Shown: one piece after another, positions 49,855 through 59,832 of the stretch
How positions within the stretch are numbered: position 1 is the first letter of the stretch
Layout of the letters: the number at the start of each line of letters is the position of its first letter
Virus record (IMG/VR): IMGVR_UViG_3300045972_000138
Span: 173,610 to 237,609 of that record
Length of the DNA: 64,000 bases
Reading direction: 5' to 3' (one strand)
Program-made: the position numbers and the translations under genes
Notes under the pieces: generated by a model
Told to the model about the DNA's origin: nothing
Databases searched by the model: none
Seen by the model: only the letters and a program-made list of their open reading frames with translations

Positions 49855-50907
49855 CATAAACGAAAAGGGGTTGACAGCCCCTTTTTTCTTTTGTATAATA
49901 CATTATGGCACAAATCACTATTATGGATCACGTTGTATTCCCCGATGGAAGTACCAACGAAGTCCATGCGACTATCACACACAGTGGTTGCAACATCGAA
50001 TACAGCGGGGCATTAACATCTGTCTCGTGGGAACAAATGGCAGATGTAGAGCAGCTTAGTGAGTTGTTTGGTTCACAGACTGTCCGCGTGTTTAAGGTTA
50101 TAGTACAGCTCTTGGGCAGGATCTACAGCGGCAAGGATGCATACAAACTTGTAGTCTGATTTGCGTGCCTAGATTTCAAGGTCAGATTTATGTTTCTAAA
50201 TCGGATTTTTAAACAAGGATCTGGCACAGGTTTCGTGCCTAAAGACTCAAAGGCACCTGAGCAGGCAGACCGAGGCACGTATACAATGGACAACCACACA
50301 CTAATCATTACACCGGAACAGAAGCGACTAATCATAAAAGCTCTGGAAAAGTTCTCGCAATTGCAGCTCGGGCAGACTAGTCTAGAGCAGCGAGAAGCAA
50401 AGAAGCTGGAGCAGTTGCTGGCACGTCATAAAGATAGTATAGTTGTAGACGCGGTAAATAGCGATACGCGCTAGTATATAATTAACTCTTGCCGGGTACG
50501 CAAGGGATCACTACAACCGCAACATTATACACCCACTGTATACGACGATACTGCTTTGAAGATAGCAGAGGGTCACTACGTTGTGGGGAGTAGCAGCAAA
50601 CTAATATGCGTAAGGATTTGGGTAAGACCCATTGGCTTCTATTAGCATTGCTTTTCTTATCTGGATATACTGTAACGCAATGCATCGCGTTGTCCCTATC
50701 CTAGATTTTCATCCTTGGATTTCATTTTCTGCTCTTAAATCAATTTCCCTGATTTAAGACGGTATCCTCGCTCCCAATTTTGAGAATGCACTTTGATTGA
50801 GCGAGGATTTCGCAGACTGCCCACCTCGGTATCGATCTGACCCAGTTGTCATTGAATCGAGCGAGGAGAGCACGCAGTAATAGGAGCATCGTTGCCCCTA
50901 TTATGCA

Positions 50908-51324
50908 TTAGACCCAGTAAAGCTTTGCCTTCTTTGCAGAAGCCGCCTTGCGGACCAGTGCAGTTGCAGCATCAAACGACAGCTTCTCGGCAACAAGTGC
51001 CCCAGTGCTCTTGACGAACACAGAGAACTCAGTTTGCTCAAGCACAACAGCCGCTTCGGGTGCAATGCGAATCTTGGGCTTGCGTCCGCCCTTCTTGTCT
51101 TCTGCACGCCCCAGACCTTCGAGGAGCGGTGCAAGTTCTGCAACCTTCTTAGCCTCTTTGAAAGCGTGATTGTAGTGGGTTGCAGCAGAGGCAAGCGTAA
51201 TGCCGTAGTCGTCCATTGCGAATGCAATAACTTCTGCACGGAAGCGCGTGTTGCCCAGTTCCGCACGCTGGGGAAGCAAGTCTACGAACTTGCGGTTAAC
51301 TGCGGGGCGAATTCCTTTGTCCAT
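50908..51324 (-). CDS. ASAATHYN family putative DNA-binding protein
   Basis: MDKGIRPAVN...FRAEV...LASAATHYN...GLGRAEDKKGGRKP. Confidence 0.75.
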   Translation of the reverse strand: MDKGIRPAVNRKFVDLLPQRAELGNTRFRAEVIAFAMDDYGITLASAATHYNHAFKEAKKVAELAPLLEGLGRAEDKKGGRKPKIRIAPEAAVVLEQTEFSVFVKSTGALVAEKLSFDAATALVRKAASAKKAKLYWV

Positions 51325-51495
51325 CTTAAACTCCTGTTGCGTTGTTGATGTATGTATTATGCATCCAAAGGAAGCTTCCGTCAACAACTATTTTCCACTT
51401 TACATATCTTTACAGAACATTAGTCTCGCTCTGTGCCCATCGGCGTCTTGATCGACTCGTCCGAGGCTAAATATTCCATCCAATGGAGATATATT

Positions 51496-52239
51496 ATGAC
51501 AAAGACCTACAATGTAGTTAAGAGTGCACCAGACGCAAGGGACTATCAGTTCTCGCAGAAGGTATCGATACCAAAGAGCGTGCCCAGCGCGGTGGACTTG
51601 CGTCCGCATATGCCTACCGTTGTTGATCAGGGTAACCTAGGCAGTTGCACCGCGAATGCTATTGTAGCAGCATTTCAATACGATCTTACCAAACAAAAAT
51701 TAAACATATTCACAGGATCCCGCCTGTTTGTGTACTATAATGAACGTGTAATGGAAGGAAGTGTAGGACAGGATAGCGGTGCAATGATTCGTGACGGGAT
51801 TAAGTCCCTTAACACGTATGGCGTATGCAGCGAGCCAACGTGGCCTTATATCATAGCTAAGTTCGCAGTTAAACCGTCTACAGCAGCTTACACGCAGGCA
51901 AAGCTAAACAGAGCACTAACCTATTACAGCGTTGCGAGCAATCCTACTGCAATCAAAACAGCACTTGCCGCGGGCTTCCCAGTAGTGATCGGCATCGAAG
52001 TCTACGAGAGCTTTGAAAGCGATGCTGTAGCAGTAAGCGGTGTTGTTCCTATGCCTGGTCCCTCGGAGCAGTTACTCGGTGGTCATGCAGTCCTAGTGGT
52101 AGGCTACAATGATGTATTAAAACAATTCATTGTACGCAATAGTTGGGGCACTGGTTGGGGCAAAAGCGGATACTTCTTCTTGCCTTATGCATACACATCG
52201 CTAATGAGCGATTGCTGGGTAGTCTCCTCGGTGAACTAG
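51496..52239 (+). CDS. C1A papain-family cysteine peptidase
   Basis: DQGNLGSCTANA, GGHAVLVVGY and RNSWG catalytic motifs; GGAG SD. Confidence 0.92.
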   Translation: MTKTYNVVKSAPDARDYQFSQKVSIPKSVPSAVDLRPHMPTVVDQGNLGSCTANAIVAAFQYDLTKQKLNIFTGSRLFVYYNERVMEGSVGQDSGAMIRDGIKSLNTYGVCSEPTWPYIIAKFAVKPSTAAYTQAKLNRALTYYSVASNPTAIKTALAAGFPVVIGIEVYESFESDAVAVSGVVPMPGPSEQLLGGHAVLVVGYNDVLKQFIVRNSWGTGWGKSGYFFLPYAYTSLMSDCWVVSSVN

Positions 52240-52865
52240 ATCAAGACGCCGGGCGCCCTATAGCGAGGTCTATGTTGTTGCGAAAAAACAACTAGACCTT
52301 TTTCTTTGACCTGTTATAATTGATACATCAACAACAGGAGAACTATATGGCAACAGCACTTCAAGCATCAGTAGTTTCTAAACTCAACAAGCGCCAACAA
52401 ACCTCACTCCGCACCCTTCAGAACAAGGTAGAGAGCGGCCGAGGCTACGTATCTACCATTGCTGTAAGCGACGCACAAATGCGTGCATTGCAAGCAGCGT
52501 TTGATGCAGCGAAAGCCTCGGGGCACACTCTGCCACCCGAAGTTGCAATTGCTGCGGCTAAGTTGGGATTGAAATAAAATGGTAGCACAGCTTGGAAGCT
52601 GTGCTATAATAAAGCATCACAACAGGAGTTTACTATGCTCACAGCTCAAGAAACAAATAAGCTACGTCTTATTAAAGATATGGCTACCCGTGGTTTGGCG
52701 AATCAAGTATCGCGTGAAGACAAACAATGGGTTCTGGACATAGCAGCACGGGAAGGATCCTCAGTCCCCGCCCCTGCAGCAGCGATGGCGTTGCGTGAGG
52801 GTTACAACATTAGCCATCTCACAAACATCAGCAAGCAAACGGTTGCAGTATAACAGGAGTATATC

Positions 52866-53069
52866 ATGGCATTTGATGTAATTCAACTGTGCCGCAACGC
52901 CGGCAATGATTTGAAAGCTGACCTCGGTGGTGCGCCACTTGAAGACAGTATGGCATACGAGGTTGCAGGCTGCTTGCTGGATGATGCCGATATCCTCAAG
53001 GCTGCTAAGGCCAAGTGGCCGGGCAAGTCCCGCCAGATCCTGCAAGAGATCATGGCAGACTACATTTAA
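52866..53069 (+). CDS. hypothetical protein
   Basis: AGGAG SD. Confidence 0.65.
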   Translation: MAFDVIQLCRNAGNDLKADLGGAPLEDSMAYEVAGCLLDDADILKAAKAKWPGKSRQILQEIMADYI

Positions 53070-53372
53070 AGATAGACAGTGTGTTTCTTTGTGTTATAAT
53101 TGATATATCAACAACAGGAGCGCACACTATGCAAATTAATGGAAACAAAATTATTTACGCCACCCATGTTGTGGTGTGCGACCCCTCGTGTGCCAGCCCA
53201 GAGTACATGAAGATTATGGCAGAGCTTCTTGAGGATGCAAATGCACCTACTATGCGTGAACACGCACGGACTCTGCGCTATCACAATAATGATGGCACGT
53301 GGGGGATTAAACAGCACAAAGGCTATCAACCCTGTGCTATAATGTCTGCATAGCAACACAAAGGAGCACACT

Positions 53373-53711
53373 ATGCAAACAGTTCACGCTTACATCCGCT
53401 TAACCCACAAATACCGTGATGGTTGGAGTCACTTGGACAGTGACGAGTTTTTGACATCAGTACGCCTCACTCCGCCTAAGATGGTTCGCGAAGGCGAAGG
53501 GTACGACGACGGTGGCAAGTATGTGCAGTACCTGCGTGTTCCCCGTAATGTTAATCCTGGGCAGCTTGGACAAGCGTTGCGCGATACTATCGGGGGCAGC
53601 GACTGCCGACACGAGCACGACTGCTGCGGCTGCGCTACACGTTATGTTCGCACTAAGCTAGTTGCACCACGCAAGCTCAAAGTAACGACAAGCGTTACCT
53701 ACAACTATTAA
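53373..53711 (+). CDS. hypothetical protein
   Basis: CRHEHDCCGC motif; own promoter cassette. Confidence 0.7.
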   Translation: MQTVHAYIRLTHKYRDGWSHLDSDEFLTSVRLTPPKMVREGEGYDDGGKYVQYLRVPRNVNPGQLGQALRDTIGGSDCRHEHDCCGCATRYVRTKLVAPRKLKVTTSVTYNY

Positions 53712-54333
53712 GTTAGTTGCTACTAACAGGGGACTTCGGTCCCTTTTGTTTTGGCCGCTGTGTTCGTGCTCTATGCGATCAAGGTAGCACTGCTTAAGAG
53801 CGAGGATCGCCACAATCGGTATATAGATCAACAGAGTCTCGCTAAGGTACAGATACTGGGCTTAGGTCTATACCTAAGGTGCGAGGTCGGCCTAGACTTC
53901 TAAGCCTGATTTAGATTTTTAAAAATCAGAGTTAAACTCAGAAATCTAATTCTCGCACCTAAACAAGAATCTTAAACAAGAACCCTGCCTATAGGCCACG
54001 ATGCTTGCTAAGGACTACACGCAGGTTATTGTACAGAACTAGTGGCACAAAATAGCCTAAAAAGCGTATTAAAACACGCCTACAAGCTTTAGTAGAGCAC
54101 TGGGCAATACTTTAACACGACAGCACGTAATCAATGTGTTGCCTGTTCGTTACTCTCGCTAACGATTGCAAAAGAACCGGTAACAGCAGCAGCAGTCGTA
54201 CCGAGGTTGTGGCCTATAAGATTAGAACCTTAGATCGTTTAGACAAAGTCTCGCTCTGTGCCCATCGGCGTCTTGATCGACTCGTCCGAGGCTACAGATG
54301 ACTACATCTTAGACAGGTGATTGCAGCGGAGAC

Positions 54334-54434
54334 AAAAAAAGAGCGGCTTAGACTTAACTAAGACCGCCCTAACGTGGAGGAGAACCACGACTATGCAACA
54401 ACAAGACTCACACTAACAAAAACTATCTAGCTTG
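54334..54434 (-). ncRNA. candidate ~100-nt sRNA with an anti-SD loop
   Basis: TGTGTTATAAT promoter (TATAAT at 54445-54440), CGTGG-TTCTCCT-CCACG hairpin, terminator hairpin plus T7; no SD-led ORF on this strand. Confidence 0.6.
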
Positions 54435-54618
54435 ATGTAATTATAACACACTAACCTTACATCAAACTTACATATTCCTTACACCAAACTTACAGGTTTT
54501 CTCGCTGCAGGATTTAATACCTGCGCTTGCATTTGCGAGAGAAAACCTCACACTGCACGCAAATAACCGATAACCTCGCTGCGAGAACTTCGGTATACTG
54601 CGTGCTATCCGAGAGTGC

Positions 54619-54837
54619 CTAGTAATTAATTAAGCTTGGCACTTCATAGAACTTGCCGATTGTGATCAATGCAGAACGCACGGGTTCTGGGCTGCTTTGA
54701 TCGGCTAAGTTTAATATTTCATTACGCAGATACTTCTCGATGCTGTGCTCAAACAAGTCATAGATTTGATCTGAGGACAACTTATTGCACGCAAGCGCAA
54801 ACGCTTTTAAGTTGCTAAATTGTTTTACAGTGTGCAT
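54619..54837 (-). CDS. hypothetical protein
   Basis: AAGGAG SD and a TATAAT promoter. Confidence 0.7.
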   Translation of the reverse strand: MHTVKQFSNLKAFALACNKLSSDQIYDLFEHSIEKYLRNEILNLADQSSPEPVRSALITIGKFYEVPSLINY

Positions 54838-54889
54838 AGTGTAACTCCTTTGTGTAATGTATTATAACACAATTTGGAAGTTTTTGCTA

Positions 54890-55084
54890 TTAAAGTTCAA
54901 CTGTTTTGTTGGACTCTTCGACCGCACTAACAATCATTGCTCCCTTGAAGAAGCCTCCCGAGGAGATATCAAACGTTACGTCGCCGATACCATCAGTGAA
55001 GTGTTTGAGGAGGATGCGTTCAATCTCCTCAGTGCTGATTTCTATTACCTTCGTTACTTTTACAGAGGTGCGTTGTGTTGCCAT
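54890..55084 (-). CDS. hypothetical protein
   Basis: AGGAG SD and a promoter. Confidence 0.65.
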   Translation of the reverse strand: MATQRTSVKVTKVIEISTEEIERILLKHFTDGIGDVTFDISSGGFFKGAMIVSAVEESNKTVEL

Positions 55085-55701
55085 TTGTATTCTCCTGTTG
55101 TATGTCTATATTATAACACAGCAGATGGAAACTTCTCAAGTGCTGCACGCAATACTTCTGGTTGCGGGCCATGAGGTGTACCGTGGAAGTAAGCAAGAGT
55201 GTGACTCATTGCGGCAGCAAGACATTGCCACTCTTGCAGCGTAAAGTGCGCGTAAGCAATTTGTGTCTTCTGCAATTCAGTAAGTTCGAGCATCTCGTGT
55301 ACTCCTTAAGTAGACTTCTTTGCTTTGGGCTCGGGGAAATAAAACAGCTTAGTCTTGCCTGCAAGCCCGTGTTGCAGTGCGTAGCGCAAGCACACAGCTT
55401 TAGTGCCTATGCAATAAGCATACACACCGTCGTTGCTTATAAGTGTCCAGTCGTACATGTTAACTCCTTATGTACGTTTATTATAGCAGATTTTCTAAGT
55501 TAAAGTTCCATCTTTACATATCTTTACAAAGCAGCAATCGTGCTTTTAGCTTTGAGTTCTGCGATCTTAGGTAGCGAGGTAAGTCATCTTAGGAATCTAA
55601 AATCTAAGATAGATCCTCACACGACATGCTCAAGACGCCGACCTGTGCTGACCGAGATTGTTTGTTGACAACAGCAAGTAAATGTGCTATAAAATAACAC
55701 T

Positions 55702-55908
55702 ATGCAAACCTACCGATACACTCTGAAGGACCTGAGCACAGGTAACGAGGAGATTAGAGAGTTCACCGGATACGACAACGAAGTCTTCTCGGTTGACTCT
55801 ATCGCCTGCAAGAAGGTTAAAGACGAGGCCGCACGCTCTCTTATAGCGTACTGGAACTACTCACACAAAGGTAAGCGGAGTTACACCCTACTCTCGCCGG
55901 GGCACTAG
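55702..55908 (+). CDS. hypothetical protein
   Basis: TTGACA promoter upstream. Confidence 0.6.
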   Translation: MQTYRYTLKDLSTGNEEIREFTGYDNEVFSVDSIACKKVKDEAARSLIAYWNYSHKGKRSYTLLSPGH

Positions 55909-56729
55909 AGATTCTGCGAAGTACATAGGCAAGGCAGCAAGCAGCGATGATGCAGCAGCCTCGAGCACAAATGTCTTTGGTATCATAAATGCATACGCGA
56001 TAACAAACGCTATCGCCTGAACTACCAGGAAGACGGTAAACAAATAACGAGGATGCATTTTACTTGCTCTCGATGTTTGTCTGAGCGATCTCCCAAACCA
56101 TCTGCACGAAACGTTTGAAAGACATTGGCTTACCGCCGATGCAGTAAGTGCGTGTAACGTGTTGCAGGTAAGCGTAGTTGGCTGATGCGGGCATAGTGTG
56201 CTCCTTGTTGCGATAAAACAATTATAGCATAGAAACATTCCAATGCAACTCACTTTACATATCTTTACACAGCACAGGACCGTGCTCTACGTGATCAAGG
56301 CCAGCGACTTGACCTACCGAGGTTCTAAGTCGCTCGCGTCTTAGGTTTTTGTAACCTTTGATATCTGCAGCGCGACAGCCTCGGTGGAGGTTTTACTGCT
56401 GCGAAAAACCCCTGCGAGGTATAAAAACATACGGCCAGCCTCCTACGTGCAAACATTATAACATAGGACCTCGCTCTACAAGTAAATTCTTTAAGTAGAA
56501 TTTAATACCTTAGCGAGAACAAGTATTACCTCGCTGGTACACACTCAAGCCAGCGAGCAAGCATAGCGCGATACATACGCACTGTATAAAACAGCAGTAG
56601 TAACATTCTCGCAAAACCCATTTGTTCCCCTACACATATAGCACGGCAAATCAATTGTAAAGATATGTAAAGCAGCACACTTTCACCCAAAGAAGCGTTA
56701 TAATAAACACATAGCAACAAAGGACTAAC

Positions 56730-57332
56730 ATGCAAGCAAACGAAGCACTACAAGCAATCGCCCTGCACAACAGTGGCAACAGCATCCGCAAGGAACAAGT
56801 GAGCGACATACTAGCAGCAACACGAGGCACAACAATGGCAAGCATTGTGCAAGTAACAAAGGTTGCACTTGCCGCAAAGCATAAGCTGATTAACATTAAA
56901 AAGGTTACTGAGGCTAGCGTGCAACTGTTTAACAACATTAGCGAGCACACAAGCGTATGGGCTAACGCAGTAAAGCGCAGTGCCTCGAAGAACAGCGATA
57001 ACGATGCAGCAAACATCGAGGGCTTCACAGCACAAAGCAACTGGTTTGAGCATACAGATTGCTACAGCATTGTCAAGCACAAAAGCAAAGAACAATACTA
57101 TCTGTATGCTATATACAACAAGGCAGCAGCCGTGTATATGTTAGACGGCGTTGAAGTAAGCAAGGACGAGGTAGCAGCATACATGACCCCTGCAGCCGCA
57201 AAGGAACTGTTGGAGCCATACGACGCTACCCTTAACGTAACGCACGACGTACTACATACAGCAGTGTGCCGCGCTACTGCACTGGAGAACATAGTGAGCA
57301 TAGTAGCGAACAAGCAACTGCTAATTGTGTAG
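56730..57332 (+). CDS. hypothetical protein
   Basis: 200-aa ORF; promoter with a TGTAAAG operator. Confidence 0.75.
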   Translation: MQANEALQAIALHNSGNSIRKEQVSDILAATRGTTMASIVQVTKVALAAKHKLINIKKVTEASVQLFNNISEHTSVWANAVKRSASKNSDNDAANIEGFTAQSNWFEHTDCYSIVKHKSKEQYYLYAIYNKAAAVYMLDGVEVSKDEVAAYMTPAAAKELLEPYDATLNVTHDVLHTAVCRATALENIVSIVANKQLLIV

Positions 57333-57565
57333 CGTACACACAACAGTACAGCGCAGCATCCGTGCTCGCTGTACTCAATCCTAAGAGTAGGCACAGCGAG
57401 GGTTCCGCACCCAGTTGCAAAAGATAACCTCGATGTAGATATTTTAGGAAAAATCCCAGTCAGCACTATATCTGCGAGAATCTGTGATAGAAAATATCTA
57501 GTGGCAAGCCGCAACTAATTTTTTCCTCCAACTCCTATAGGAACCATCTTCCTATAAATATATCT

Positions 57566-57895
57566 ATGCTACGTATCATTCTATTAACTATCTTACTAAC
57601 TGGTTGTGCCACTAAGTTTGAAAAAGGTTCAGCCGGAATGGTGTATTGGCATAAGCTGGATTCTCAAGACGAAATTGTAGAAGCATGTTTACCTCCGCAT
57701 ACTAGGGGTTCGATTGTATTCAATATTCGTGGATGCTATGTGTTCAATGATAATGTTTGCCATATATACGCACAGGATGATATTAACAGTATGAAGTATT
57801 TAGGGCACGAACTCAAACACTGTTTTGATGGTCACTTTCATAATGCACGCGGGCAATGGTATAAGCTTGATAAGAATGGTAATATCATAGATTAA
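57566..57895 (+). CDS. small HExxH lipoprotein, paralog of 41341..41670
   Basis: LTGC lipobox; CHIYA...LGHELKHCFDGHFH; TATAAATA box. Confidence 0.7.
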   Translation: MLRIILLTILLTGCATKFEKGSAGMVYWHKLDSQDEIVEACLPPHTRGSIVFNIRGCYVFNDNVCHIYAQDDINSMKYLGHELKHCFDGHFHNARGQWYKLDKNGNIID

Positions 57896-58001
57896 CTTCA
57901 ATGCCGGTATTTTTCTAGGCCTTAAAAAAATTTTACAGTAAAATTTTCTCCAGCCCACTATAGGGTCAATCATATTCCTATTTTTAGATAAATATGGGAT
58001 T

Positions 58002-58455
58002 ATGGTACTATATATGTTCCTTCCTACAATAAGGCCAGATTCAAGTAAGGAACTTATAAAACGTGTCCGTACAGCCAAAGTATGGCTAATAGAGCATAAG
58101 GTACTAGCAAGTGGAAGTTGTGTTATGTTCAATAATACCGAAGATTACCTATTCTTTAAACTTCAATTCAGCGACTTGCTACAGGACATATACAATGACA
58201 ATTAAGATAAATGTAAACAATTCATATATACAGCACGCCTACTCTGCTGCATACAATGCTTTATACGAGCCGGCTCAACGTGAATATGATTTCTTTAATA
58301 ATAGAGAACTTCATGATTACTGGATGGTACGTACTAAGGAATTGCTATGTGCTCAAAACAAATTCAAGATTATATCAGAGCGTAGTGGTTACCCTACTGA
58401 GATAGAGTTTGAGGATGAGAGCGATCTAATTGTGTTCAAATTGAAGTATAGATAA
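58002..58455 (+). CDS. two EDxxxFKL family paralogs (58002..58205, 58195..58455)
   Basis: FNNTEDYLFFKLQF and FEDESDLIVFKLKY. Confidence 0.7.
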
Positions 58456-58466
58456 ATATAGCAATT

Positions 58467-59696
58467 ATGTTACTATACGAACTCATATCCGAAGCTAGGC
58501 GTAACCCTGGGCAAAATGTTAAAGCTGAAGGGCACGAAGCGGCTGTTAATTTTCTAAAGAGTAAAGGCAAGGAATTACGATACTACGGGGTTAGTATGAC
58601 AGATATTCCTAAGCTAGGGATTAACCCCGGATCTAGGTATAACACTCCTGTAGGTATTTACTATTACCCTGCTGAATACTATGTAAGAAAGAAGAGTAAG
58701 GGTAAAGAATTAGAGTTTAAGGATGATGCACCTTATATACAGGTTTTTAAGATTAAGGCTAACACTATAGAACTTATCGATGAAGTAAACCACGATACGT
58801 ATGGTGGATACGTTAAGTTACTATATAAGAATGTTGGGCAGATTGCGAAGTATATTAATAAGTCGGAAAAAGAAACTTATAGCTTACTTAATAAACTAAC
58901 AATGGAAGCACCGCAAGAAGCTAAGGTTAATTCCTATGGTGGATGTCTATGGTATATACTTTACTCCTTGGGATTCTATGCTGGTAGGGATAAGCGCGAT
59001 AATGCTCCACCACGTAGTTCTGTTGTGTGGAATGCACTTATAAGAATGTTAGGATTAGATGGGATTGAGGATAACGGTGCGGGTATTATACACGAGAATG
59101 AACCTTACCAGGGTGTTATTGTAAATCCTAGAGGTGTGGAGCACGTTAATACATTTAAGAATGTAGGTAAGAAGGATGATACAACTAGCCTTAGATTTAC
59201 TAAGTGGGCTAATGCACCTATTAACGAATTTTCTATAGGTAACTTAGCGGATGATGTAGACGAGTGGGATATGCAATATAGTGATAAGCATAGGAAAGAA
59301 TGTAAGGCGATTATGACTAAGGTACTTACTGTATTACGTAACTCTCCTTCTACTTATTTAAGTTTGGGCCAGCGAAAAATATTCTCTTTGTTAAGGTTAA
59401 GTAATGACACTAATGTTAGGCAGGAATTGGCTGTAGGATATTTTGCTGCTAAGTTTCCTAGAATGAAGGCAGAGCTAGATGAAATAGTTACTGTATGGGA
59501 AGAAGAAAAGAATAGTGTTGAGTGGGCTGCGAAGCCAGAAAGTAGAAAGCAACGTGCATTTGCATTATGGGTACCTCCCGAGAAAGTAGCATACGCGCAT
59601 GAGTTTATGCGAAACTTAACTCCGTATAAATCCTCTAGTGCCGATGCTAAGAAGATGATTGATTATATCGAAGCTTCCTTAGCTAGGTTAAAGTAA
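58467..59696 (+). CDS. hypothetical protein (late, possibly virion-associated)
   Basis: 409 aa; ATAAATA box at 58452; MLLYELISEA start. Confidence 0.75.
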   Translation: MLLYELISEARRNPGQNVKAEGHEAAVNFLKSKGKELRYYGVSMTDIPKLGINPGSRYNTPVGIYYYPAEYYVRKKSKGKELEFKDDAPYIQVFKIKANTIELIDEVNHDTYGGYVKLLYKNVGQIAKYINKSEKETYSLLNKLTMEAPQEAKVNSYGGCLWYILYSLGFYAGRDKRDNAPPRSSVVWNALIRMLGLDGIEDNGAGIIHENEPYQGVIVNPRGVEHVNTFKNVGKKDDTTSLRFTKWANAPINEFSIGNLADDVDEWDMQYSDKHRKECKAIMTKVLTVLRNSPSTYLSLGQRKIFSLLRLSNDTNVRQELAVGYFAAKFPRMKAELDEIVTVWEEEKNSVEWAAKPESRKQRAFALWVPPEKVAYAHEFMRNLTPYKSSSADAKKMIDYIEASLARLK

Positions 59697-59832
59697 TTAC
59701 ATAACATTAAAGCAGCGGTTAATAGGTGTTTGAAATTTGCGCTTTTTCGGCGCGCTCGCTGCGTACTGACCTTAACCGCGCCTGAAGGTTTCCAATTGAC
59801 ATCATTAAATATTAGTTGTATAGTAGCCTAGT

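Larger units (their letters stand above)
47111..55657. repeat. dispersed 43-bp motif CCTCGG-N7-GATCAAG-N16-A(G/C)CGAG(G/A)
   Basis: Copies at 47111(+), 49088(-), 50824(+, core degenerate), 51424(-), 52226(+), 54249(-) and 55615(+, CCTCAC/GCTCAAG variant); partial copies at 53777 and 56293. Confidence 0.8.
51398..56672. promoter_or_regulatory. TGTAAAG-ATA-TGTAAAG direct-repeat operator (4 exact copies) upstream of TATAAT promoters
   Basis: 51398-51414(-), 55512-55528(-), 56253-56269(-) and 56656-56672(+); related TGTAAG x4 at an 11-bp period at 54456-54494(-). Confidence 0.8.
38428..56704 (+). promoter_or_regulatory. repeated early promoter/leader cassette TG-N-TATAAT-N6-8-ATC(G/A)CAACA(A)-AGGAG
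   Basis: TATAAT at 38428, 39581, 41675, 42159, 46603, 47200, 48038, 49514, 52315, 52605, 53095, 53338 and 56699. Confidence 0.8.
1584..58458 (+). promoter_or_regulatory. T4-late-like ATAAATA boxes
   Basis: At 1584, 2272, 7336, 10842, 16967, 17700, 48940, 57554, 57988 and 58452, mostly a few nt before gene starts. Confidence 0.6.

Noticed and set aside
55888-56253. 121-aa minus-strand ORF from the track
   Set aside because: The SD-led reading gives two separate small genes (a 44-aa MPASANY... and a 56-aa membrane protein MHPRYLF...), so the long ORF start is probably wrong.
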